NCBI GenBank assembly: GCA_934130235.1
Contig: CAKOXU010000002.1
Location: forward strand, 1-56,508
DNA length: 56,508 nucleotides
Direction of reading: 5' to 3'
Source: an uncultured Bacilli bacterium
Lineage (GTDB): Bacteria > Bacillota_I > Bacilli_A > RF39 > UBA660
Part shown: positions 26,689-43,875 of the stretch, in pieces
How positions within the stretch are numbered: the first letter of the stretch is position 1
Layout: each line of letters begins with the position of its first letter
Position numbers and translations under genes: made by a program
The notes under the pieces: model-generated
Seen by the model: only the letters and a program-made list of their open reading frames with translations
What the model was told of the DNA's origin: nothing
The model's database searches: none

Positions 26689-28056
26689 TTAAGATATAAC
26701 TTTTTTACTTATTATTTTTTCTACTTGTTCTTTATCATTAAAAGGAATTTTATTGTTCCCTACTATTATAAATTCTTCATGACCTTTTCCTAATATAAGT
26801 AATATATCTTTGTCTTTTAATAAACTAATTCCTTTTTCAATTGCTTTTGCTCTATCTTTAATTATTTCATAATTATTTTTAGTATTTCCTTTTATCATAT
26901 CCGAAACTATTTGATTAAAATCTTCATTATGTAAATCATCGCTAGTTATTATAGTATAAAAACTGTTTTGTGTAGATAAATCCATCATAATAGGCCTCTT
27001 TGTTCTATCCCTATCACCTGTACATCCAAACACAGTATATATTTTTCCTTTATTTATTTCATTTACAGTATTATAAATATTTTCCATAGCATCTGGTGTA
27101 TGTGCATAGTCTATTACTACAATAGAATTATTATAACGAACTATTTGCATTCTTCCAGGTGGACAAGATAATGTCTTTACAACATTTATTATTTTATCAA
27201 TACTAATATTCATAGAATTAAGGAGCGCTATACAGCAAACTAAATTATATATATTATATTTACCTATCAAGTGAGATTCAAAGTTATATGTATTTGATCC
27301 AATATCCAATTTAAAACTTGTAATATATCCTAGTTTTATATCATGTATTTTATAATCACTACCAAGTTCTCCATAATACTTTGTATTATCTGTTATAAAA
27401 TAATCTTTATAACTATCATCTGCATTTAAAATAGATATTCCATCTGTTTTTAATTTTTTAAACAATAATTGTTTTGCTAATGCATAATTCTCCATAGTTT
27501 TATGATAATCTAAATGATCTTGTGTTAAATTAGTAAAAATAGCATAATTAAATCTTATCCCCTCTAATCGATTCATAGCAAGGCCTTGACTGCTTGCCTC
27601 CATTACAATAGTTTTATATCCATTATCATATGCATTTACAATGAGATCAAATAAATCACATACATCTGGCGAAGTATTAGATAGTGAACATACTTTTTTA
27701 TCAAGATAATAACCAATAGTTCCTATATAAGCACATTTTATGTTTAAACTATTTAAAGCTTGATAAATCAAATAACAAGTAGTTGTTTTTCCATTCGTTC
27801 CAGTAAGACCTATTATATTCATTTCATCTATTATACTCTTATAGTGAGTATTTAAATACTCATTTAAGTATGCTCTAGTGTCTTTTACTTTTATAGTTTC
27901 TACACTATATTTATTATCACTCTCAACGATTATTTTACTAGCACCATTTTTAATAGCGACATCTACATAATCTTCTCCATTACTACTTATACCGTTAAGA
28001 GCAACAAATATATCACCCTTTTTTACTTTTCTTGAATCTGATTTTATATTTATCAT
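26689..28056 (-). CDS. MurE-family Mur ligase paralog with non-DAP selectivity motif (DDLH)
   Basis: 455 aa. DSRKVKKGDIFVAL, GLTGTNGKTTTCY, ALAKQLLF. The position of DNPR is occupied by TSDDLHNE. Confidence 0.8.
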   Translation of the reverse strand: MINIKSDSRKVKKGDIFVALNGISSNGEDYVDVAIKNGASKIIVESDNKYSVETIKVKDTRAYLNEYLNTHYKSIIDEMNIIGLTGTNGKTTTCYLIYQALNSLNIKCAYIGTIGYYLDKKVCSLSNTSPDVCDLFDLIVNAYDNGYKTIVMEASSQGLAMNRLEGIRFNYAIFTNLTQDHLDYHKTMENYALAKQLLFKKLKTDGISILNADDSYKDYFITDNTKYYGELGSDYKIHDIKLGYITSFKLDIGSNTYNFESHLIGKYNIYNLVCCIALLNSMNISIDKIINVVKTLSCPPGRMQIVRYNNSIVVIDYAHTPDAMENIYNTVNEINKGKIYTVFGCTGDRDRTKRPIMMDLSTQNSFYTIITSDDLHNEDFNQIVSDMIKGNTKNNYEIIKDRAKAIEKGISLLKDKDILLILGKGHEEFIIVGNNKIPFNDKEQVEKIISKKVIS

Positions 28057-28060
28057 ATTA

Positions 28061-28624
28061 TTACTCCTTATTAATATTATACTCCAATACTATATTATAA
28101 TTATAGAGTATTAACTCACATTTGACTATATTATCATTAATATCTTTATAAACTGTTATATTTGTATTAGTATCATCAGTTAAACCAAAGGTTTTATAAC
28201 TAATCTCATATACAGTTTTTACTGTTTTATCTTTGTAAGTAGTTGTTTCAATGTAATCAATATTATTTGTAATATTAATTATATTTTGCCTATTAAATAG
28301 GCCTATATTAAGATTATCCAAAACAAACAGATTACCATTTGAATCTATATAATTGTTGTTATTTAATTTATATTCTATATTATTATAAATAAATGTATCT
28401 TGATTATTTATATTAGATCCATTTATTATTACATCATTAATGGTATATGTATATGTATAGTTGTTAGATACAACACTTCTAGGTTCTATAGGCTCGATTG
28501 AATTATTAATACTATTTCCGGTTTTTATAAAAATAAAAACAAATACAAAAAATATAAAGAACAATATCAATTGTGCGATAGCTTTTTTCTTAGGATCCTT
28601 GTACATTTCTATTAACTTTTTCAT
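28061..28624 (-). CDS. Hypothetical N-terminally membrane-anchored, Asn-rich protein
   Basis: 187 aa. One TM helix (LILFFIFFVFVFIFI), then a beta-rich Asn/Tyr/Thr-rich region. Overlaps the fmt stop by 4 nt. Confidence 0.45.
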   Translation of the reverse strand: MKKLIEMYKDPKKKAIAQLILFFIFFVFVFIFIKTGNSINNSIEPIEPRSVVSNNYTYTYTINDVIINGSNINNQDTFIYNNIEYKLNNNNYIDSNGNLFVLDNLNIGLFNRQNIINITNNIDYIETTTYKDKTVKTVYEISYKTFGLTDDTNTNITVYKDINDNIVKCELILYNYNIVLEYNINKE

Positions 28625-29580
28625 TCTAATACTTTTCCTACTATATTTTCTTTTAATCCATTAATAAAGTCTTTTGCCAACATCTTAGGTTTTCCTTCTT
28701 TTTGAATAACTGTAAATACTATAACGCCATTACTTACTTTGACTTCTATACCATCTTTAGATACTGATACAATTTCTCCATTTAATCTTTCAGCATAATA
28801 CTCATCTTTTATATATGATTCATATACTTTTATACGTTTACCATCTAAAATAAAATAAGCACCTGGAAAACTATTTAATCCCCTTATTTTATTATATATT
28901 TCTAAAGCAGTTTTAGAAAAATCTATTTTCTCATCTTCTTTAGTTATTATAGGTGCATAAGTAACTAAAGATTCATCTTGCTTTATTCTGCTATTCTTTC
29001 CTTCAAAAATTGAAGGTAAAGTTTTAATTAATAACTTAGCTCCCATATTACTTAATTCATCGTGTAAAATCTCTGTTGTATCAGTATCTCTTATATCAAT
29101 TTTTTCTTGCGATATTATATCACCTGAATCCATACCAATATCCATATACATAATTGTTATACCTGTAGTTTTATCTCCATTCATTATAGCCCTATGTATA
29201 GGAGCGCCTCCCCTATATTTTGGAAGTAATGATGCATGTACATTAATACATCCATATTTTGGATAATCCAATATTTCTTTAGGTAATATTTTACCATAGG
29301 CACATGTAACTATCATATCAGGATCTAGTTCTGTTATCTCATTGTATTGCTCTTTTAAATTCCATGGTTGTATAACTACTATGTTGTTTTCAATAGCTTT
29401 TTTCTTAACTGGCGAAAATACTATTTTTCCTTCTCTACCAACCTTTTTGTCCGGTTGAGTAACAACTGCAATTACTTTGTAATTTTCTATTAAACTCTCA
29501 AATATTGGAACACTAAAATCGGGAGTTCCCATAAATATTATTTTTGGTTCTTTTTTTATAACTATATCTTCTATATTCAT
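28621..29580 (-). CDS. fmt: Methionyl-tRNA formyltransferase
   Basis: 319 aa. IIFMGTPDFS, NVHASLLPKYRGGAPI. Confidence 0.9.
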   Translation of the reverse strand: MNIEDIVIKKEPKIIFMGTPDFSVPIFESLIENYKVIAVVTQPDKKVGREGKIVFSPVKKKAIENNIVVIQPWNLKEQYNEITELDPDMIVTCAYGKILPKEILDYPKYGCINVHASLLPKYRGGAPIHRAIMNGDKTTGITIMYMDIGMDSGDIISQEKIDIRDTDTTEILHDELSNMGAKLLIKTLPSIFEGKNSRIKQDESLVTYAPIITKEDEKIDFSKTALEIYNKIRGLNSFPGAYFILDGKRIKVYESYIKDEYYAERLNGEIVSVSKDGIEVKVSNGVIVFTVIQKEGKPKMLAKDFINGLKENIVGKVLE

Positions 29581-29584
29581 AAAA

Positions 29585-31855
29585 TCATCCTCTTTTCATT
29601 ATTTTGTAATTAAATAATTTATATAATGCATTAAATAACATTATGTCTAACATAAGCATAAGTATCACTACTACAATAAATATAGGTTTAAGTATTACTA
29701 ATTCAAATAAATTTTTAAATCCAACAATACTACTTATAAATAGTAATATAAGACCTATAAAAAGTACTAATCTTAACTTATTAAATTTATAACATATTTT
29801 ATATAGTAAAATAAATCCTGTTTGAGCGACTAATAATACGGCTAAAGTAGAAATTACTTTATCACTTAAATTAAAGATATACGCTAATAAAACGACTGTT
29901 AAGACATTTATAACTACTGTTAGTCCACTTGGAATAGCTCTTTTTACTACATTCGTAAAAAAATTGTTATCAACAATAGTATAATTAGGTTCGAGCGCTA
30001 AAACAAAGGCAGGAATTCCTATAGTTATTGAACTTATTAAACTAAGTTGTATAGGTTCAAAAGGATAATGTGCAGGTATAAATACAAATATCAAAGCAAG
30101 TATAGTTGCATATACTGTTTTACTCAAGAATAAGGTAGCAGATCTTTGTATATTATTTATAGTTCTTCTTCCCTCTTCTACAACATGTGGTATTGAATCA
30201 AAATTAGAATTTAAAAGAACTAATTCTGATACATTACGTGCTGCATCAGTTCCAGATGCCATAGCAATAGAACAATCTGACTCCTTAAGCGCTAAAACAT
30301 CATTCACACCATCACCTATCATAGCCACTGTATGTCCATTTTGTTTTAAGGCTTTAATTAATTTTTTCTTTTGTGATGGACTAACACGACAGAAAATGTT
30401 ATAATCTTCCACCAATTGTTTATCATAATTTGTATTATTAATAGACATATCAATAGCGTTTATGTTTTTAAGTTTTAAGCGTTTTGCTATATTAACAACT
30501 GTATTAACACTATCACCACTTATTATTTTTACATTAACTCCATATTTTTTAAAATACTCTAATGTTTCATGCGCTTTATGTCTTATTTTATCTTTTAATA
30601 ATATTAATGCAATATTATTCTTTTCATCTTTAAGCAATAAAACTCTATAATCGCAATACTTATTTATTAACTTTTTCATTTCAATACTATTATCTAATAT
30701 ATCAGGAGCACCTATTATAAACTTCCCTTTGTTAAAAGTAACAGAAGAATATTTTTTACTAGAAGTAAAATTCTCTTTTGATTTTACTTTATAATCATTA
30801 TTGATATTAAATTTTCTATGAATTGCTTTCATAGTCTCATTATCATTTTTTAATTCATTAGACATAGCAGATAATATTTCTTTATAATTATATTTATCAT
30901 TTAATACAATTACATCTTCAACTAACATGATTCCTTCAGTAAGAGTTCCTGTTTTATCTATACATAGCGTATCTACGCGCGCTAAAGTTTCAATACAATA
31001 CAATTGTTGAACTAGTACATTTTCCTTTGAAAGTCTAATAACACTTACAGCTAAAACAGTACTAGTTAAAAGTACTAATCCTTCAGGTATCATGGCAATA
31101 ATAGCAGCTACTGTATTAACTATAGTATTTGTTATATTATGATCTATATTATATTCTTTATAAAATAGTATTATACCTAATGGTACAATTATAATAGATA
31201 TTATTTTTATTATTCTTTTCAAGGTATTCATTATAACTGAATTAACTTTTTTTATGTATTTAGCTTCATTAGTTATTTTAGATATATAATTGTCTTTTCC
31301 TATTCTTTCAACACGGCAAGTACAATTACCACCTACTACAAAACTACCTGAGTACAATATATCTTGTGCTGTTTTACATATGTGATTTTCTTCTCCACTT
31401 ATAAATGACTCATCAACTATTACATCACCATCCAATATTACACAGTCTGTAACAACTTGAGAACCATTTTTTAATTTAATTATATCATCTAGAACAATCT
31501 CATTTATGTTAATAGCCTTTTCTTTAGAATCTCTTATTACAGTAGTTTTTATACTTGATATAACTGATAACTTATCTATTGTTTTTTTAGATCTTATCTC
31601 TTGAATTATACTTATTAAAGTATTACATACTACTACACCCATAAATAAAAGATTTTTATACTCTCCTACTATAAATATTAAAATAGCCAAAAATAAATTT
31701 AACATATTAAACAAAGTAAAAACATTATAGAATATTATTTGTCCTATAGTTTTAGTTTTTACATCACAATTATAATTAACTTGACCTTGAGAAATTCTAT
31801 ATTCTACCTGTGAATTTGACAAGCCTTCATCTATTTTTGGATTGTATCTAATCAT
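29585..31855 (-). CDS. P-type (P2-like) cation-transporting ATPase
   Basis: 756 aa. DKTGTLT phosphorylation site, MIPEGL in TM4, MIGDGVNDVLAL hinge. No CPC heavy-metal motif. Confidence 0.9.
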   Translation of the reverse strand: MIRYNPKIDEGLSNSQVEYRISQGQVNYNCDVKTKTIGQIIFYNVFTLFNMLNLFLAILIFIVGEYKNLLFMGVVVCNTLISIIQEIRSKKTIDKLSVISSIKTTVIRDSKEKAININEIVLDDIIKLKNGSQVVTDCVILDGDVIVDESFISGEENHICKTAQDILYSGSFVVGGNCTCRVERIGKDNYISKITNEAKYIKKVNSVIMNTLKRIIKIISIIIVPLGIILFYKEYNIDHNITNTIVNTVAAIIAMIPEGLVLLTSTVLAVSVIRLSKENVLVQQLYCIETLARVDTLCIDKTGTLTEGIMLVEDVIVLNDKYNYKEILSAMSNELKNDNETMKAIHRKFNINNDYKVKSKENFTSSKKYSSVTFNKGKFIIGAPDILDNSIEMKKLINKYCDYRVLLLKDEKNNIALILLKDKIRHKAHETLEYFKKYGVNVKIISGDSVNTVVNIAKRLKLKNINAIDMSINNTNYDKQLVEDYNIFCRVSPSQKKKLIKALKQNGHTVAMIGDGVNDVLALKESDCSIAMASGTDAARNVSELVLLNSNFDSIPHVVEEGRRTINNIQRSATLFLSKTVYATILALIFVFIPAHYPFEPIQLSLISSITIGIPAFVLALEPNYTIVDNNFFTNVVKRAIPSGLTVVINVLTVVLLAYIFNLSDKVISTLAVLLVAQTGFILLYKICYKFNKLRLVLFIGLILLFISSIVGFKNLFELVILKPIFIVVVILMLMLDIMLFNALYKLFNYKIMKRG

Positions 31856-31892
31856 AATAACCTCACTATAAAAATTATACCATTTATATATT

Positions 31893-31923
31893 TAAAAGAA
31901 AAGAATTATTTAAAATAATTCTT
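31893..31923 (-). terminator. Intrinsic terminator after pflA
   Basis: Stem AAGAATTAT/ATAATTCTT with a 5-nt loop, followed on the minus strand by TTCTTTTAAA. Adjoins the stop codon at 31923-31925. Confidence 0.5.
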
Positions 31924-32634
31924 TAATTTTCTATACTATTTAATATATTTTCAAGCCTCTTACACTCATCTTTATTCATTGCAGGAACACCCGCTAATCT
32001 ATATTTAAGTTTTAATTTTTTATACTTATCAACACCCATTGTATGATATGGTAAAAGTTCTACTTTTGAAACGTTATTAAACCCAGTAATATACTCTTTT
32101 AAAAATTTTATATATTCTTCTGTATCATTTATACCAGGTATTATAACTTGTCTTAGCCATGTTTCGGTTCCAAAATAATTTAGTCGTTCTTTAAAATAAT
32201 TAAACATATCGATAGGACGTTTAGTTATTTTTTTATAATCGGTCTTATTTAAAGCCTTAATATCTAATATTACTAAATCGACTGTTTTTAAAATATCATC
32301 TAGATATTTTATATTATACCCGGTACCGGATGTATCTATACATGTATGAATGCCAGCCTTTTTGCACAATTTTAATGTATCTAATAAGAATTTAGATTGA
32401 AATAAAGGCTCTCCACCAGAAAATGTAACTCCACCACCTTGTTCAATATATGGCCTATATTTTCTTATTTCATCTACCAACTCGCTAGGAGTAAATTTAA
32501 ATTTGGATCTAGCTTTCCATGTGTCTGGATTATGACAAAATGAACATCGTAAATAACATCCTTGCATAAATATGACTATTCTTATGCCAGGGCCATCTAC
32601 AAGCCCCATTGTTTCAATAGAATGTATATATCCT

Positions 32635-32648
<14 letters not shown>
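31923..32648 (-). CDS. pflA: Pyruvate formate-lyase activating enzyme (radical SAM)
   Basis: 241 aa. CX3CX2C ([11 protein letters not shown]), [10 protein letters not shown]. Confidence 0.9.
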
Positions 32649-36865
<4,217 letters not shown>

Positions 36866-36891
36866 TCAAAAAAAAGAAGTAATTAAAACTA

Positions 36892-37983
36892 TTATGAATA
36901 ATTTTCTCTTATATAGTTAATTAAAACTTCTTTTTTATTTTCTAATTGTTTATTAATAATTTTATACTCTATATCTTTCATTATAGTACTTAAAAATCTA
37001 CCTGGATTTTTATCTAATATCATACAAATCTCTCTGTGTGTTATAGATATGTCTGTTTTGTTATGTATAGATAATTCATTGTATTTTTTATTAACAAGAC
37101 ATTTATCTATACCTTTAATTTCAGCTACTATTGTTGAAATATATAAACCATACTTATACAAATTATTATAGTCCAATAAATCTTTATCCATTAATTCAGT
37201 TATTTGTTTTATCGATTCCTTTTCTACGCTATTGAAACTATATTTATCTACTACATCAAGTTGAGCCCAGGTGCCTATTAAATAAGTTGTTGGAATCATA
37301 TTTTTAATATTAGACAATTCCAAATACTCATCAAGACCTAAAGAAATAATAAGTTCTATTCCGTATTTGTTATTGCTGCTTGAAAATATTTTATCTAACT
37401 CTTCTTTTTTTCTATAATAAGATAAATTTTTAAGTAAATATCTAAATTTTTTTATAGCTTCTTTTAATTCATCAGACAATTTAAAATCAAGTGTAGTTGC
37501 AAATCTTACTGCACGAAGTATTCTAAGAGAGTCTTCTTCTATTTTTTTAAATGGATCTCCCACTGTGTTAATTATTCTATTATTAATGTCTTCTTTAGCA
37601 TTTAGAAGATCAATTATATTTCCATTTGCATCAATACACATAGTATTCATAACAAAATCTCTTCTTTTTAAATCTTCTAATAAATCGTTTATATATTCTA
37701 TTTCAATAGGTTTCCTATTGTTTTCATACTTAATATCACGTCTAAATGTAGTTATTTCAAATCTTGTATTATGAACAATAAGTGTGATTGAACCATATTG
37801 TTCATTAGGTAAAATTAAATTACCAAATATATTCTTTAAATCTTTTGGTGTTGCATTTGTACATATATCATAATCAAGTGTATTACGTCCTAAATAAATG
37901 TCTCTTGGATAACCTCCTACTAAATAAGCAAGATATCCATTTCCATTAATTCTCTTTAATAACTTAAGCGCTACTTCATTCAT
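36892..37983 (-). CDS. cca: CCA-adding tRNA nucleotidyltransferase (compact form)
   Basis: 363 aa. GGYPRDIYLG...DYDI polymerase-beta head motif, RRD, RAVRF. Confidence 0.8.
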   Translation of the reverse strand: MNEVALKLLKRINGNGYLAYLVGGYPRDIYLGRNTLDYDICTNATPKDLKNIFGNLILPNEQYGSITLIVHNTRFEITTFRRDIKYENNRKPIEIEYINDLLEDLKRRDFVMNTMCIDANGNIIDLLNAKEDINNRIINTVGDPFKKIEEDSLRILRAVRFATTLDFKLSDELKEAIKKFRYLLKNLSYYRKKEELDKIFSSSNNKYGIELIISLGLDEYLELSNIKNMIPTTYLIGTWAQLDVVDKYSFNSVEKESIKQITELMDKDLLDYNNLYKYGLYISTIVAEIKGIDKCLVNKKYNELSIHNKTDISITHREICMILDKNPGRFLSTIMKDIEYKIINKQLENKKEVLINYIRENYS

Positions 37984-37992
37984 AGTCTACCT

Positions 37993-38018
37993 CAAAAAAA
38001 AGCATTAGTTTAATGCTT
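37993..38018 (-). terminator. Intrinsic terminator after the HU gene
   Basis: Stem AGCATTA/TAATGCT with a 3-nt loop, followed on the minus strand by an 8-U run. The stop codon lies inside the stem. Confidence 0.7.
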
Positions 38019-38277
38019 CTTTTAATTTAGATCCAGCTTTTCCTTTAACAGCTACTCTTGCAGGAATATCTACAACTTCACCAGTTCTTGGATTACGTCC
38101 CTTTTTAGCAGCTTTCTTTTCAGCTGTAAAAGTAAAGAAACCAGTTAATGATACTTTACCTTCTTTTTTTAATCCTGCTTCTACTCCTCCAATAAATGCA
38201 TCTAATGCACGAGCAGCATCTGCTTTTGTTAACCCTGCTTCTTCAGCAATATAATTTACTAAATCTGTCTTAGTCAT
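38005..38277 (-). CDS. hup: Nucleoid-associated DNA-binding protein HU
   Basis: 90 aa. MTKTDLV..., GFFTF, GRNPRTGE. Noticeably higher GC and a codon bias typical of highly expressed genes. TTGATT-17-TAATAT promoter upstream. Confidence 0.9.
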   Translation of the reverse strand: MTKTDLVNYIAEEAGLTKADAARALDAFIGGVEAGLKKEGKVSLTGFFTFTAEKKAAKKGRNPRTGEVVDIPARVAVKGKAGSKLKEALN

Positions 38278-38372
38278 AATACGACTTCCTCCCTATCTAA
38301 TTTAAATAAGCATTCTAGTTTGCTTACAATCTAATATTACCATATCTAAATAAGGAAATCAACAATTTTAAT

Positions 38373-38397
38373 AAAAAAAATGTACGTTTTGTACATT
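38373..38397 (-). terminator. Intrinsic terminator after dnaJ (end of the heat-shock operon)
   Basis: Stem AATGTAC/GTACATT with a 5-nt loop, followed on the minus strand by TTTTTTTATT. Confidence 0.7.
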
Positions 38398-38433
38398 TTT
38401 CACAAGAAATTCATATATTTTTTCACTATATAT

Positions 38434-39561
38434 CTATTTATTTTTTTTCATATAATCTTCAATTTTTTTAAACTCAGATGTCTTCAAATTAGTAAGCTCT
38501 AATTCTTCAAATAATTTCTTTTGCTTTTTATCTATTTTATTAGGTATTACTACATTTAAGACTACATACATATCGCCTTTTACACCAGTATGGATATCTT
38601 CTATACCTTTTCCTTTTAACCTATGTTTATCTCCTGTTGATGATCCTTCTGGTATTGTTAGCTTAACATTTCCATTTAATGTAGGAATTTCCTTTTTACA
38701 TCCTAAAACTGCGTCTGTAATAGTAATAGGCAACTCTAAATAAATATCGTTTTCATCTCTTTCAAATATTGGATGATTCTTAACTCTAAACTCTAAATAT
38801 AAATCACCATTACTTCCTCCATTAGTTCCTGAATCACCTTTACCTGCCAATCTCAATCTATTACCAGTATCGACACCTGCAGGTATTTTAACTTCTAAAG
38901 TTTTATTTACCTTTACTTTACCAGTCCCACGGCATTTTTTACAAGTACTATCAAAAGTGTATCCATCTCCATGGCAGTCTGGACATGAACTACGCGACAT
39001 AAAAGCGCCAAACATAGTTTGTCTTTGTGTAGTTACGGTACCGGTACCATTACATGTCGAACAAGTCTTTCTTCCGTGTCCACCTAAGCCATCACATTCT
39101 GCACATGAAGAATATACATCTACATTTATATTCTTTTTGCATCCAAATACAGCCTCATCAAAACTCAAATCCAATCTCATCAACCTATCAGAACCACGTT
39201 CAGCTCTTGTATGTGATCTTCCTCTATTTCCTCCAAAACCGGTAAAATTAGAAAACCCAAAGCCCTGACCAAATATTTCACTGAATATATCAGAAAAATC
39301 AAAGTCAGAAAAATCAAATCCAGCTCCGCCATTCATTTGATCAAAAGCAGCATGGCCAAATTGATCATATTGTTTTCTTTTATCTGGATCAGATAAAACA
39401 GCGTATGCCTCTTGAGCCTCTTTAAATTTTTCAGCAGCATCTGGTTCTTTAGAAACATCCGGATGATATTTCTTAGCTAATTTTCTAAAAGCACTTTTTA
39501 TTTCTTTTTCATCTGCATCTTTAGCTACACCAAGCACTTCGTAGTAATCTTTCTTATTCAT
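38434..39561 (-). CDS. dnaJ: Co-chaperone DnaJ
   Basis: J-domain with HPD, a G/F-rich region, and four CxxCxGxG repeats ([32 protein letters not shown]). Confidence 0.95.
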   Translation of the reverse strand: MNKKDYYEVLGVAKDADEKEIKSAFRKLAKKYHPDVSKEPDAAEKFKEAQEAYAVLSDPDKRKQYDQFGHAAFDQMNGGAGFDFSDFDFSDIFSEIFGQGFGFSNFTGFGGNRGRSHTRAERGSDRLMRLDLSFDEAVFGCKKNINVDVYSSCAECDGLGGHGRKTCSTCNGTGTVTTQRQTMFGAFMSRSSCPDCHGDGYTFDSTCKKCRGTGKVKVNKTLEVKIPAGVDTGNRLRLAGKGDSGTNGGSNGDLYLEFRVKNHPIFERDENDIYLELPITITDAVLGCKKEIPTLNGNVKLTIPEGSSTGDKHRLKGKGIEDIHTGVKGDMYVVLNVVIPNKIDKKQKKLFEELELTNLKTSEFKKIEDYMKKNK

Positions 39562-39572
39562 ACAGCATCCTC

Positions 39573-41360
39573 CTATAATAATTCTTTTAATTCATCTAAT
39601 TTTTTCTTAAACATAGCCATAGCCTCATCAATTGGCTTAGAAGTAGTCATATCTACATCTACTTTCTTTAAAATTTCCAATGGGTAATTATTTCCACCAC
39701 TACTTAAGAAATTTAAATAATTATTTTTTGTTTCTTCGTCACAAGCAAGTATTCTACTAGCAATAGAAAGCGCACTTGACAATCCAGTTGCATATTTGTA
39801 AACATAAAATGGTGTGTAGAAATGAGGTATTCTACTCCATTCATAACGAATCTCATCATCACTTACAACACTTTTTCCATAATATAATTTATTTAATTCA
39901 TAATAAGTAGTTGAAATTTCTTCCTCAGTCAAAGATACGCCATCTGCTTCTTTTTGATGCATTAACATCTCAAATTCAGCAAACATAGTTTGTCTAAATA
40001 TAGTTGTTCTAACAGAATCTAAAAAATCTGTTAAATAGTATATCTTTTCTTCTTTAGTTTTAGCATGATTATATAAGTAATCATTTATTAAAACTTCATT
40101 TACAGTAGAAGCTATTTCAGCTAAAAATATTGGATATCCAGAATCTACGTAATTCTGACTCTTAGAATAATATGAGTGCATAGAATGTCCTAATTCATGC
40201 CCTATTGTACTCACAGCATCTGTTGTATCATTATAATTTAATAGTAAGTATGGATATGAATCATAGCATCCCCAACTATAAGCTCCTGACCTTTTACCAT
40301 CACTAGGATAAATATCTATCCAGTGTTCAACAAAAGCATTATTTAAATCATTTAAATATTTTTGTCCTAATGGTTTAAGTGCTTCAAACAATATCTTTTT
40401 ACCTTCTTCAAAAGGTACTTTCTCAGATTTTGATTCTACTAAGTCTACATATATATCATACATATGCATCTCGTCTAAATTTAAAGCTTTTTTTCTTACA
40501 TCCATATATTCGTACATTAAATTCATGTTTTTATGTATTGTATCTATAAGATTTTTATATACAGAAACATCTATATTATCAGAAAATAAACTTCTTTCAA
40601 GTGTACTATTATATTTTTTTACCTTAGTTATAAAAGAGCTCTCTTTTATTTGACCAACATAAGTTGCAGCTAAAGTGTTTTTTAATCCTTTATAGTAATT
40701 ATAAAGACTCAAAAATGCATCTTTTCTTACTCTTCTATCTTTACTCTTCATAAAAACAGAATAATTACTAGAAGTAAGTTTAATTTCTTTTCCATTTTCG
40801 TCTTTTATGTATCCTAAATCTATATCTGTATTATCAATGTTATTAAATACTTCACTACAATTTCCAAATGCGTTTATTGCACGCACATAAATATTTTCTT
40901 CAATCTGGCTTAATGAATGTTTTTTAAATCTGTAAAAATCCTCTAAATAAAATTTATATTCCTCTAAAGCTTTATTCTCTTTTATATAGTTTAACACTTT
41001 ATTATAGTCAAAAGATAACATTTCTGGTTCAATGAAAGAGTATTTTTCACTTATCTCTTCACTTAGTTTTTCTATCTTCATCTTAAGAGCCTTACTTTTG
41101 TTATTCTTAGTATCAACATCAAAACTCAATCTAGAATACACATATAATTTATCAATTATTCTATTTTGACTTTCAGTTAGTTTTAAAAAGTCATACAATG
41201 TAGTTGCACTATCCATAATATGAGATTTATATTCTAATATTTTATCTGTTAATTCATTTACTTTTTTTATATCTGACTCTATTTGCTCATTATTATCATA
41301 CATCTTACTTAAATCCCATTTATATTCATTTGGTACTTCATTACGTGATTTATATTCCAT
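39573..41360 (-). CDS. pepF: Oligoendopeptidase F (M3B)
   Basis: 595 aa. HELGHSMH zinc motif in the M3B context. Confidence 0.9.
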   Translation of the reverse strand: MEYKSRNEVPNEYKWDLSKMYDNNEQIESDIKKVNELTDKILEYKSHIMDSATTLYDFLKLTESQNRIIDKLYVYSRLSFDVDTKNNKSKALKMKIEKLSEEISEKYSFIEPEMLSFDYNKVLNYIKENKALEEYKFYLEDFYRFKKHSLSQIEENIYVRAINAFGNCSEVFNNIDNTDIDLGYIKDENGKEIKLTSSNYSVFMKSKDRRVRKDAFLSLYNYYKGLKNTLAATYVGQIKESSFITKVKKYNSTLERSLFSDNIDVSVYKNLIDTIHKNMNLMYEYMDVRKKALNLDEMHMYDIYVDLVESKSEKVPFEEGKKILFEALKPLGQKYLNDLNNAFVEHWIDIYPSDGKRSGAYSWGCYDSYPYLLLNYNDTTDAVSTIGHELGHSMHSYYSKSQNYVDSGYPIFLAEIASTVNEVLINDYLYNHAKTKEEKIYYLTDFLDSVRTTIFRQTMFAEFEMLMHQKEADGVSLTEEEISTTYYELNKLYYGKSVVSDDEIRYEWSRIPHFYTPFYVYKYATGLSSALSIASRILACDEETKNNYLNFLSSGGNNYPLEILKKVDVDMTTSKPIDEAMAMFKKKLDELKELL

Positions 41361-41387
41361 ATTATATCCTTTCTTAAAATACTTAAG

Positions 41388-41411
41388 GAAGTTCTAGTTT
41401 CCTAGAACTTC
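41388..41411 (-). promoter_or_regulatory. Perfect 10-bp stem-loop between dnaK and pepF (no U-run)
   Basis: GAAGTTCTAG-tttc-CTAGAACTTC, starting 4 nt after the dnaK stop. Likely an RNA stability/processing element or partial attenuator. Confidence 0.5.
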
Positions 41412-41414
41412 ACA

Positions 41415-43866
<2,452 letters not shown>

Positions 43867-43875
43867 AAATACCTC

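Noticed and set aside
28061-28624. Possible paralogy between the two membrane-anchored hypothetical proteins (28061-28624 and 51683-52258).
   Set aside because: They share only their architecture (one TM helix plus an Asn/Tyr-rich beta region) and vague C-terminal similarity. With such composition bias, this is not convincing without a proper alignment.
39055-39061. Exact TGTCGAA (0A box) inside dnaJ.
   Set aside because: It lies in the middle of the coding sequence of the zinc-finger region. A single heptamer is expected by chance, and there is no promoter context.
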